Assembly: GCA_002633005.1 (NCBI GenBank)
Contig: NMRA01000204.1
Location: 4,260-68,259, forward strand
Source of the DNA: Phoronis australis
Lineage: Eukaryota; Animalia; Phoronida
DNA: 64,000 bases
Reading direction: 5' to 3'
Shown: positions 35,301-45,434 of the stretch, one piece after another
Layout of the letters: the number at the start of each line of letters is the position of its first letter
How positions within the stretch are numbered: the first letter of the stretch is position 1
Notes under the pieces: generated by a model
Database searches by the model: none
The model's input: only the letters and a program-made list of their open reading frames with translations
What the model was told of the DNA's origin: nothing
Position numbers and translations under genes: made by a program

Positions 35301-38300
35301 GGCAGTGTTTAACGATAACCCTTTGGATAAGTATGTGAGAAGAGTGGGTGGGAAAATGGCGTCACTGGAAGATTTTTACGAGAACTCAGATCATAACAAC
35401 AGCGTTCAGATTAATACTTTTCGACCGATATCGAACAACGCTATGCTTTAAGTATTGCAGCCCGAAAATTAATCAAATAACAAACTTGAACATTTTGTGA
35501 CAGCAAACTGCCACCAAGGAGCGTGCAAGTTGTAGATTAATGCAGAGAGCAATGAAATACACTACGAATAGGAGCTGATACCTTCTTTGTAACATGCTCA
35601 AAGGCTTACAACCTAAACTGCAGGACACCCATATACGAGTGCATTAACACTGTGAAAATACAGCAAGTGGTCTCATCATTTATAGATTAAAAACAATTAA
35701 CTGAGTTTTCCACACAGCACTCTCAGCAAATGGCTGCAAGGAACACACAATTAATGGAAAAGCCATTAGGACCATTCTAAAATCAAATTTGCTCACAATA
35801 AATTCATTTAGCATAACTCGTATTATTGCCTCGGTTCGAAACAAAAACGAACGAGAGAATGGCAAGATAGAAACATCATACAAGTCTAGATTTCAAAATG
35901 ATTAAAAAATTCACAACTTAATAATAAAGAACGTTGTTGATAACTGTGCTATAAATGCTACGAAGACAACAATTTTACGTAAGTACATCAGCTGCCACAA
36001 ATGACGTTCAGTATGTCAGAAACTTTCATGAAGCAGTGGAGTCTGATCACATGAGACCCAGTACTCCAGCTGAACTCTGGTGGATGAGGGAACAACTTCA
36101 CATTTGCGCAAACCGCAACAGAATTAATGCCTGAATCCAGTCTACAGATGGATATACGGTAAAAACACACAAGTATTTCCTAAGCTTTGCAAAATTTATC
36201 TTTTGATAGACTAGAGGCAAGTTGAAACAGAAACCGAGAAAAACTAGAACCCCAAAATATTACAGAAAGAAATTTAAGGTCAATTACAATTTCGGGTGGG
36301 GGGTGGGGGAGGGGCGGGGGGAGGGGCGGGAGTACAAATGGTCATATCTTTCAAAGCATAGATTTTTAAAAATTAACAGACTTTTATTGTGAAGCAATAG
36401 CAGGATGAGTTGTTACTAATAGTTGGCATGGCATGATGGGTAGAATCTTTTGCAAAAGAATTGAGACAAGATGTAAACGCATGTAAAAGATGACACTTTG
36501 AATAATGCTGATGAACAGACCCACGCTTAATTACATTAAATTAAATGTACTAAAATATGAAGGTAGAGAATTGTGAAGGTAATATTCTTTATTTTTAGTA
36601 TCTTTTTCTTTTCATATTTATTATACGATACGAGAATGGTCTCACATGAGGTGTGCATGCCTGAATGAATGTATGTACTTGTTTATTTTTGTACTTGTTT
36701 ATTTTAGGTATCTTTGTAATCATAAACAAAGGATCCGTATGGACATTGAAATAACTAAACGAGATAATTTTAAGAACTTTTTTCTGTAACTTAAATATTC
36801 TATTATGTTAACATCCTCTAAGTAATACGCCATAACGAATTTGAAGCACATAAATTTCATAGTTTCAAAAGGTAGTAAACGTCTGATCTTTTTAGAATAC
36901 CACATAAACGTTAAGTCACTTACAGGATTCCCCTATTTTGAAAATCAAATTTCTCCACTGAATAACATGCATCAAACTGGTTCTCAAAATAGCGGGACCC
37001 AGGCAAGTGACTATTGCAGTGGAATCTGCTCTGCTCGTTTTGCTCAACAAATTACTTGTATGTGGCCACCCCAAGAGCTAATCAAGAATAGTTCTAACTA
37101 CGGTAGTCAGCCTTGATACTGGACTTATTAATAGCACATAATCTATATCTGGATTGTGAAGATCTCATGATTCCAAGCAGGTGACAAAACAATTTCACCA
37201 TGAAGAGCCTCAAAATCCCTTCAATGAGTCATTAAGTTAATTAATCGTTGGTGCTAACTAGCAACCATTGGGACAATATTATTAACTAGACAATAAGTAG
37301 TCTAGAATACTGTGAATGGGCCAATAGGGACTTGAACTTGTTTAATTAAAAGCACAGTGATCCTCCCATAAGGTGACGAGCCCTGCTCATTGAGCTACAA
37401 TTGACACATAAGGTGCTTTCCCATTAGAGGCGAAACTTCTGTTTTACCGAAGTTTCGTTAAGTGGGAAAGGTTAACTCCGGTAGTTAATCTGCAAGCGAA
37501 ACTCCACTGAAAACAGTAGGATTAAAAAGCAAAGATTCGGTACTTGCCGAAACTTCGGTGTAGTGGGAATGATCAGAGCGAAGCTTCGTCGAAGTTATCG
37601 AAAGAGGTCGTGGTAATGATATACAATCACACGAGACTCACGAAACGTGCTCTTTGTCACTGTAGCGTAGCCGACATGCTCTCAATAGACGCACGTGAAT
37701 AAACAAAAGAAAGTATATCTGATGAAGACTGATCATTTCAATAAACGCTTTTAAATGGCAAGAGAACAATTTTCAGATAGCTTCGAACCCACTACTCAGT
37801 ATTCGTTTGAGAGTACGAATGAACTGCGTCCTCTGGTGTCTTAGCGATAACTTCGATGTCACTGTCTAGTGGGAAAGGTAAGCGAAGTTTCGGCGAAACT
37901 TAGTTAAATCGAAGTTTCCCTAATGGGAGAGCACCTTTAGAACTCTGGAGCTGTGCCATGCAAAAACAATATTGAGATTTTTGGGTGAAAAGTTAGGGAC
38001 AGTCAAGTGGTTGGAAAAGAATTTCATAACAGCATAGGTTATTCTTTAGCTGTATGATTAAGAGTAGTAATTAACAATTGTAAACAATATATTACTTTGA
38101 TAGTTTCTGCAATCAGCACATACAATGCAACCATTGAGTCATACTTGCACTTTCCCCCAGAGAGAACCCGTTATGTTTAGGAAAAAAATATATAGCAACA
38201 ATAACGATGACACAAACAGGGAAGTAGAGCTGAATCCACAATAAAATCCAGCAATCAGTCAATAAAGAGTAATATTTTGTCCTTTATAGACCACTTTTTC

Positions 38301-41300
38301 ATGCATGTAAACACATTTGTGGACGAAAGCAGTCGGAATTTGTTCAACAAAATCAATACCAGGAAATTCCTTCTGAGCCGACATAGTCATTTCCTGTTCG
38401 CCTATGACTACCACTGGGTTCAGACTGCTTTATTTGTAGTTGTGCTTCCAGGGGTCTGCTCCAGGAGATGTGACATTAAGACTAGAGACAAAAATTTGGT
38501 CTTACACCCCATACAACTATTTCTGAAAAATAACTAAATGTCAACTTCAGCAAAAAAAGTCCCGGAGAATATACACACAGCTGTAAGTTATTGAGATAAC
38601 TTTCATCGACTATTTCTTGACAGTGATGTACTCAGAATTAGTTGGCTAAAGCTTTATTATGGTTATATCTCAACAAATTCGGACAAAAATAATTGCCAAA
38701 AATGCCTTTTTTTCATTTTCTAGTGCTTCTAAACTTGTTGTAAACGGCCACAAATTTTCAAAACTTTGTTTGATGGTGGTTGTGGTACACTAAACCTAAA
38801 CATGGAAAATTCTTTAATTTGGTGCTTCATGTTTTTCTTGGAAAATAACGAAAAAAATTTCACTTGTCGGCCATATTGTGTCCTAAATTGGTGAAATTTT
38901 ACCGTGTGCAATTGTGAAGTAAGAGTGTGCAGTGGAAGTCTAAAGTCACTTTTCACGACATGAAACAGACCCTTGCACTGGACACCAATTCATATGTGGA
39001 CAGTGATTTGTGCTTTCACATCAATGAAACTCCAGTCTATTGAAATTCCATCACAACTCTCCTTACCTTTCCCGCTAATTCCTCTCTGGTAATGACCCTA
39101 GTTCTAGGGATTAAACACCAGATGGCGTAGCCGATCCACATTCTCAATTCAATACATGCATTGCATCCCATGACCCCTGGTGACACAACCACCGGAGTGT
39201 GCATATAACCATATCCATTGCAGGGCAGTTGTGTACTTTATAGTTTAATCCACTGATTTTGATAAAAAACCAGAAGTTACGACAGTTACGCTTTCTCACT
39301 GACCAAAATTCCTCACAAGGGAGTCTCAGAATTGATAGGAAAGTGACATAAAGCAGTAGGATCTTTTAACACGTTTTTAATTCCTAGCTGTCATCGTATT
39401 ATCAAATTACAAGATGTGTTGGTAGAATACTAAAATGATTGACACAAAACAGATAGCATACTGACATATCATTAGAGAAAAGCAATTTTGTTTCATCCAC
39501 TCCACAGAGAAGAATCCTTGATAAGAAGTCAGTGGGTGTGTACATGACAAGTGAATGGAACAGTGCTTAGGTAACTGAAGGAGCAATGTCTCTTCTGGGG
39601 TCAGTTTTATGACTGGTGATTTCAGGTTAGACGTCTGAACTTCGGCCAGCCAAGTACCAAACCTCAGAGAATGTGCCCATAATAATCGGATAATTTTTAA
39701 CATAATAACACTAAACTGTAATATGCAAATAAGGCGAGGTGAAACTTTACTCTAAAATAACAAAGTGGGAATGCACGACAGAGTTCGTGACTTAAAAGAG
39801 GCCTGGAATGCTATAAACAGACGAAATCGCAATACTGAAAGTGATTCTCTGCCACGGAAACAGAATTCAACCTGCTCATCAGGTATTCTTAGAGTTTATT
39901 CGTACAGATTTTTAATTTCTATTGATATCAAAACATTTTCTTTTAGTTTCAAATTTAAAAAACTATCTGTCAACTGGTTGCCACTTCATCGATTTCCTCC
40001 CACAAGGCAGCGCACGTCTCGTTATTTGGAATGTCAAAAGATAGACGTAGCACATTTCCCTTACATGGAAAATGTGACCTTTGATTTCCAGTGACTTCAT
40101 GCAAGTGACTGTGAGCACAAGCACACAATTATCATAAATGGGAGGAAGATTAGAAATTCCGTGGTAACCATAGAGTCTTTCCATCACCCATATTTCAAAA
40201 ATCGTGATTTTTTTTGAAATTTCAACACAGGAGAACTTTTGTCAGGAATTTCACTGAAATTTGAGCTGTGACATCAACCCTGACACATTTATGCTGCAAC
40301 CTACAAACACATCCTCAATTTATTGTAAGCAGATGCCAAATAACCAAAGACATTCAAAGACAACACAAACACACATAACCAAATTTGTGAACCTCGTAAA
40401 TCACCAGAATGTGTTCGTTCCCAGGGGCACCTTCACGGTAATCATTACCTGGAGATTCTCAACACTAGGGCAGGTGTTTTAATTCACAACTATAGTACAC
40501 TTGAGCATGGCCTTATCCCGTGTGCCTTGTAAACAGTAGCTGCATCTCAGACCTCACAAAGCTTAGCTTGAAGCAGGTTATAGGAAACCTTTTGTTCAAA
40601 ACTACAAGTTTCCCATCATCAAGTTTCACTCGGCAATGCAAATAATAACATTTTAGTTTTGACAGTTATATTAGATCATTCAATATATTTTGGAGCTATT
40701 TAACGGGGGGGGGGGGGNCCCCCCCCAATGTTTGATTAGTTTAAGTTTGCTAATTTATTTTAGATTTGTGACACCGTCTGGGATCAAATTTTCCCGCTTT
40801 ATCTGCGCAAGCCACGAGCTTTGTGGCGGATACCGTTCTTCGAACTAGTAAATATATGGAACAGGATGTCCCTGCTCGTCAATTGACATTTCAAAGGGTT
40901 TGACTTTTTCATAAGGCATTGGAATATCCTATTGCACAGCAGTGGGAATTTGCCAGCATTATAATAGCAGGAAAGGTCTTAAAATGCCATTTTGTACTAG
41001 TACGTTTGAAACCTCCCATCCGTATTACATGAGATCTGTAGGTGGTGCTGAATGCCTGTCCAACAAAGACCCGATCGCCATCTGGCATGTTATTGAATTC
41101 CAATATGGTGCGGGTATTTCCAAAGTCAGCTACTCACATGCACCAATAGACTATGATGATTTTTTGAATAAATGCTAAAAGGGAAGGAAATTGCCTGTAG
41201 TCAAAATGTTAATTGAAGATTTTCTGCAACCCTTTATAACATTTTTGTGGCTTTATTTTACATCACTTTATATATTCTAATTCACTAGCCAGTCATGGTG

Positions 41301-42655
41301 CGACCAATTTCATCTTAAAATTGATTGGCTGTACATCTGCAATATTGCATCCTTTTGTGACAGCTGGACTAGACTAAAATTAAACGGGTGTTTGTTCGTA
41401 AGCGCAGATTTCAAAATGAGTAAGGGCAAAGACCAGGCCAAACTGTTTTTTTTTTGGTCGTATTGATAGTGCAGTTATGAATGTCTTAGACAATTTTCTA
41501 AAAATTCAATTAATTTAAGAAATAGATTTAATTACATTTTTATATTTGACAATGTTAGAGTCACATTGACACAAGTCTTACAAATGTCATAAATATCGTG
41601 GGTGGTGCAGCACTGAAATAAGTGGTGGCTATAGCCCCTCAGCCTCCTATCGGGTGCACTGCCCATATTTGTGGGCAGCGCAGCACTGATATAAATGGGG
41701 GCTATAGCCCCCCTCCGGCCCCCTATGGTGTGCTGCCCATGAATACACGCGACCCGTTTCAGAGCCGACATACCACCACTCAGCTTTCCGTGACGGTGCA
41801 TAGCAAGGCTGGTCAGTCATCATTCAAAAACGTACGAGATTTGTAAAACGTGAAATACAGTGACATGTTTCCATTCAACGAAGGGACCACGCCGACCTAC
41901 CTGGGTATATGTTGTGGTCAACATCAATTCGCATATTTGTATCATTAACGCAACTGAATATAAGTTTTAACCCATTAGATTTTAACATAGTGAAAATATA
42001 TCATCACATTTTGTTTCGTTGTATTTAACTTTCTGACTTTTTTCACAGAAATCTTATTTCAATAACCCAACAACGCATACGCGGAACATTTTAAAAACGA
42101 TTCTCAACAACATTTTGGAGAACGATGCCTCGAGTAAAGAATCTAAGTTTAATGTCAGTCTCATCAGTCATTTCTGAGACATGATATAACGAAGTTCGTC
42201 TGATTGGACATTTTTGATAGGGTCTTACATAACCTTAGAAGACAAAAGAGGTTTTTCTAGAAATGCATCAATCATAAACATCTTGTTACCGTCTTTGAAT
42301 ATTCCCTTGATGACCTCCTGGTAGATGTTGGCTCCACCCAGGTTGAACCGTCGGCACAGTTCCGGCCATAGCTGGGTCCGAATCACGTGGTCCACAGGCC
42401 ATGATTGGCTACGGATAATGGCCTTGACTTTCTTCTCGTCCAGATGCGGCGATCCGAGGCTGAGGTCGCCGTAGCTGGCAAAGTGGCGAGGCGACGACGG
42501 CGATGAAGATGTGTCCCTTACGGAAGGGGACGACGGGGCGATGTCAGCATAGGTTACATAGGGGGTGAAAGGGGAGTTGCCATTCATTTCATTAGACGGT
42601 CGAGTCTTCTCTTGTGCGGGGAGTAGTGCTCGTGGTAGAACACCTTTGGCATGAT
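17239..42655 (-). CDS. TBC1D24: TBC1 domain family member 24 / skywalker orthologue (TBC + TLDc); core exons complement(42290..42655,32672..32813,32011..32179,30619..30723,29784..29874,29085..29176,28383..28619,24970..25128,17705..17916,17239..17374)
   Basis: All junctions are GT-AG with compatible phases (1,2,0,0,1,0,0,0,2). TBC part: KKVKAIIRSQSWP..IRTQLW, LPGFV, NPHITFSP, VRVIDCMLFEGSKVLYRV, AFGIRGL. TLDc part: LWKWLP, LLYTSEEHGTS, VLGAYCS, YFGTGETFLF, VGGG, FNNPPL, IEAFGF*. The start is either the internal ATG at 42587 (546 aa) or an upstream exon. Confidence 0.93.
17705..17916 (-). CDS. TBC1D24: TBC1D24 TLDc exon (VLGAYCS...YFGTGETFLF...VGGG)
   Basis: Acceptor ctccacag, donor gtaagt, phase 0-2. 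Confidence 0.94.
19726..19808. repeat. About 19-bp tandem repeat (GATGGTCACTTCTCATCAT), about 4 copies
   Basis: Visible tandem units, degenerating to the right. Confidence 0.8.
20201..20345. mobile_element. MITE family A, intronic copy
   Basis: GGGTAGA..TCAATAA left end, ATTGAACTCTACC right end, GAGCACGTGATTTTGACTAGA core. Confidence 0.7.
22490..23157. mobile_element. Non-autonomous TIR element (Tc1/mariner-pogo-like ends), apparently nested in an older GGGCGA-repeat element spanning about 22010-23325
   Basis: ATTCGTCCTAATGAGCGCCCA versus TGGGCGCTTATTAGGGCGAAT. The flanks at 22025-22100 and 23245-23325 share CTGGGCGAGTA and TCGCCCAG repeats. Confidence 0.65.
23551..23691 (-). CDS. TBC1D24: TBC1D24 candidate alternative exon (ILGMYCSEDWSIRNK...EPVSK); 3' boundary uncertain
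   Basis: Phase-0 acceptor ttttgcag. The first 14 aa resemble VLGAYCSADWSERK of exon 17705-17916. Putative GC donor AAG|gcacgc at 23550; otherwise the frame stays open to 23203. Confidence 0.6.
24970..25128 (-). CDS. TBC1D24: TBC1D24 TLDc exon (IQLLWKWLP...IKTAKNE)
   Basis: Acceptor cttgcag, donor GAG|gtgagt, phase 0-0; translated by hand. Confidence 0.94.
27474..27584 (-). CDS. TBC1D24: TBC1D24 candidate alternative exon ((MLCYQ)LSRTLSVSRSRAHSLGWAILDSVASTIINLDH)
   Basis: Perfect donor CAT|gtaagt; two in-phase acceptors (exon start 27584 or 27569); phase 0-0 and stop-free; ends in STIINLDH, paralleling SSILNYDQ of the upstream exon. Confidence 0.7.
27628..27672. repeat. 14-bp tandem repeat GTCCTAACTTCAGA x3
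   Basis: Three exact units about 45 nt upstream of the 27584 acceptor. Confidence 0.9.
28383..28619 (-). CDS. TBC1D24: TBC1D24 exon (LAFGIRGL...TSSILNYDQ): end of TBC, linker, start of TLDc
   Basis: Acceptor ttcccag, donor gtatgc, 237 nt, phase 0-0. Confidence 0.9.
29085..29176 (-). CDS. TBC1D24: TBC1D24 exon (KTKEQ...FCENIPVSPEKLLK)
   Basis: Acceptor tttgcag, donor gtttgt, phase 1-0. Confidence 0.92.
29784..29874 (-). CDS. TBC1D24: TBC1D24 exon (VRVIDCMLFEGSKVLYRVALALL)
   Basis: Acceptor tttcag, donor gtaaga, phase 0-1. Confidence 0.93.
30619..30723 (-). CDS. TBC1D24: TBC1D24 exon (KPCFLF...WIWWLFKDLPLFHL)
   Basis: Acceptor after a poly-T tract (tttcag), donor gtcagt, phase 0-0. Confidence 0.92.
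30740..31080. repeat. 21-bp minisatellite (consensus CACGGTGAGGCAGTGTTGTGT), about 16 copies
   Basis: Directly visible tandem periodicity; reads (LPHCDTT)n on the minus strand. Confidence 0.95.
32011..32179 (-). CDS. TBC1D24: TBC1D24 exon (PVLYSLSSLVLHY...LVKKHS)
   Basis: Acceptor ccttacag, donor gtatgt, phase 2-0. Confidence 0.92.
32672..32813 (-). CDS. TBC1D24: TBC1D24 exon (DHDDCVELPGFV...NPHITF)
   Basis: Acceptor tttcag, donor gtgagt, phase 1-2; translated by hand. Confidence 0.92.
36294..36330 (+). other. G-quadruplex-forming tract with two GGGGCGGG boxes in a TBC1D24 intron
   Basis: Seven G-runs of 3 or more separated by single bases. Confidence 0.7.
37411..37936. mobile_element. MITE with AGGTGCTYTCCCATTAG TIRs
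   Basis: AGGTGCTTTCCCATTAG / CTAATGGGAGAGCACCT termini with many internal CGAAACTT/AAGTTTCG and AGTGGGAA sub-repeats. Confidence 0.8.
42290..42655 (-). CDS. TBC1D24: TBC1D24 exon: Ser/Pro-rich N-terminus and start of the TBC domain
   Basis: Acceptor ctctttcag, donor gtaaca, phase 1-1; in-frame ATG at 42587. Confidence 0.88.
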
Positions 42656-44594
42656 CTGAAAGAGCAGACAATAAGTCAAGCAAGGGAGACAACTACATGG
42701 AAACTGATGAGAAATGTGAAGGAACAATAACTCTGTGTGAAGTTTTCAAATTAGATGCTGGTGAAAGGATTTCAATACCACTCAGCTACGCCAGACAATG
42801 ACTCATCACTCAGAGAAAGCAACAAATTTGATCGATAGTTTGTATTTCTACAATTTCGATTGTATTGTGCAGACTCGTTTAAATGCAAGCTATGCAGGTT
42901 TGACAGCCGAAGACCCACTGACAAACGCTTCTTCACATGACTATAAATGCCTACAGCAGTAACTTCACAGCAGCACTGCCAAGTTGAACACAAAACTTCA
43001 TCAACATACTTTGTCGACTCAATAGATCATTAGGGGTTCAGTCTTGAATCCAACTAAATCCCGATACCGATAGGCTATTAATAAAGACTTGTTCTAAACT
43101 ACTAGCGAGCGTCAATAATTGTGCACTCAACAAAATAGGATGGAGCTTCCCAGCATGAACGCAATGGCTCAGACACAAACAACAATAATACTCAAGAAAA
43201 CCAAGATATTAAAGCCACGAGACTCAATCCTGCCTGAATGCACTTCCACTTTTAGTATCCAGTACATTTTTACACAGCAAGCATAGACAGTCACAGGTCA
43301 TATGAAGTTAGCTTTCCTTCTTTAGGTGCAACGTGCAACAACAGTAAGGTAGCCACAACACATTGCATCACGATAATTTCAAATTCTAACAAAGCCATAA
43401 CAAGTTTACACAGATTTTCATCTGACGGGTGCCTAAAAGTCCACAACTTTACAATATACCCAAAACAGTCGAACAAAATCCAAAGAGACACAGAATACAC
43501 TACCATCTATCAGCAACATATGCAAAACAAGGATCAATGAAATGTCCACAGTATCTTAGGCAGAGACACAATGACAAGATAATTCAGCCATCAAATTTGA
43601 ATAAAGCGGATTAACGAGCGACCTAATCAGCATTACTAGCACAAAATCTCCATATATACTGACATGAAGAGCCAAACCATCAAAACCCCATGAGAAGGTA
43701 CAGTTAACACAAGTGCAGGCACAATGCTGAAATTTAGTGGTTGGCACCTCTGGATTTGCATGTGAAGAAGCAGGTCAAGTGCTTGACTCCTGTGTTGCAT
43801 TGTGGGTATATACCTTGGATGAAAGGGGTGCTGTGCAGTTTCAGGACAGGCTCACAGACATTTCCAACTGCCATTCAAAGGAGGCTGCCATTCTTAAGCT
43901 GCCATTCAGTGATTACCCAGCCCATTTCTATTGAGGTGCTGAAAACAGCAAGTATCCCAATGGTGTTCAGCAGTAGCAAAAAGGGAGATAACTCTCCTGC
44001 AGAGGACGAATGGAATAAGTCCGTTCAGTGATGCAAGTCATTCTTGAGTCTTGGTCTAATATGTTCAGTGATGGGAATCAAATCAATGCCAACTTACAAT
44101 AATAACAATAACAACAGTAATAATAATGATAACCCTAATAACATAGTAATTTTTATTATTTTTTAATGTTTATTTTAGAAAATACAATGTTAAATAATAA
44201 GAGTTAAGCACTGAAAGCACTATAAAGCATAATATCTGTGACATAATATAATAATACAATACATACATGAGCCTCTAGAAGCCTCTTTATAAAACAATGG
44301 ATTTTAGTAACAAAAGATAGCTCATCAGAACTCAAATCGAAGATGGTAGCTAATGTAACATGTACTTACATACAGCCTGTCACACGAGTTCAAAACAACT
44401 TGGCAATTTCAAGTAAATTTATCCGTAAAACGTAACCACACCAGAACTTACCACTCTGTATATATTATATGGCAATCAAGGTAGTTCCTGTAGCTCAAAG
44501 TATGACAAAGTTGACTCATACACCTACCTAATCACAATTGTAAATACCAAGCACCAGTCTTCTAATACATCACGCAACAAGACAGTGACTTCCA

Positions 44595-44705
44595 TCATGC
44601 AATATGTGACTTTCATCACATCAACATGCAACTTTCATCACATCAATATGCGACTTTCATCACATCAATATGCGATTCTTATCGCATCAATATCATGATT
44701 CTCAT
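44595..44705. repeat. 22-bp tandem repeat (CATCAATATGCGACTTTCATCA), 4-5 degenerate copies
   Basis: Visible tandem units. Confidence 0.8.
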
Positions 44706-45023
44706 CAAATAACTGTCATGATGCAATTGTTATTATAGTCTAAAAATACAAAAACTTTCTGAAGTACATGCGCAAACTATATTACAACCTCAATTGGTGA
44801 TCATACGGAAACTAAAAATAACCACAGTACCCTTCACTCACTGCTAAAAATACATCAAGAACACGTGTACTCTTTTGATCATATCTAGCTAAAAATACAA
44901 CCTTACGATGCCATGTTTGAACACTTCATTTAAATTTGCTACTAACCACGTTCCGGCGCGAAAAAATAATTGATTTAAAAAACTGCCTGGAATTCTCTTC
45001 AAGGCCTCGACAAATTAATAACC

Positions 45024-45165
45024 GGGGTGGAGTTCAATAACGCTAGGACCTCGCTAGAACAGCAAGACTTTCAAGACTATACGAGATATTGCTGAGTATT
45101 TTAAATAAGATCACGTGATTTTGGCTAGACTTTTCCAGCCACGAGACAACTACTGAACTGTATCC
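45024..45165. mobile_element. MITE family A, intronic copy
   Basis: GGGGTGGAGTTCAATAACGCTAGGACC left end, ACTACTGAACTGTATCC right end, TCACGTGATTTTGGCTAGA core. Confidence 0.75.
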
Positions 45166-45183
45166 AGCATACAGTAATGACCT

Positions 45184-45434
45184 GGGGCTTGTTCCAAGAA
45201 ACTGACTTAAGTTCATTTTTGACTTAAGTTTAAGATTTGTCTTAACTTCCAAACTTTGAAACTTCCACATTCGTTAAGTTAGTCGAAAATAATACAAAAC
45301 TTATGTCAAACACTTTAAGTCAAACTTAAGAACTCTCTTTTGAAAGTTTTTTTAGACAAATTTAACTTTTGTTTCACAATTTGCAAAAATTCAAGAATTG
45401 TCTTAGCTAAGTCAGTTTTGTTGGAACGGGCCCC
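45184..45434. mobile_element. MITE family C (partial copies near 21554-21680 and 53663-53755)
   Basis: TIRs GGGGCTTGTTCCAA..AACTGACTTA / TAAGTCAGTT..TTGGAACGGGCCCC; sits 18 bp from a family A copy. Confidence 0.75.

Noticed and set aside
40705-40726. G13-N-C8 perfect hairpin
   Set aside because: It contains an ambiguous base at 40718 between homopolymers, so lengths are unreliable; single Ns at 1676 and 13638 also indicate local assembly uncertainty.
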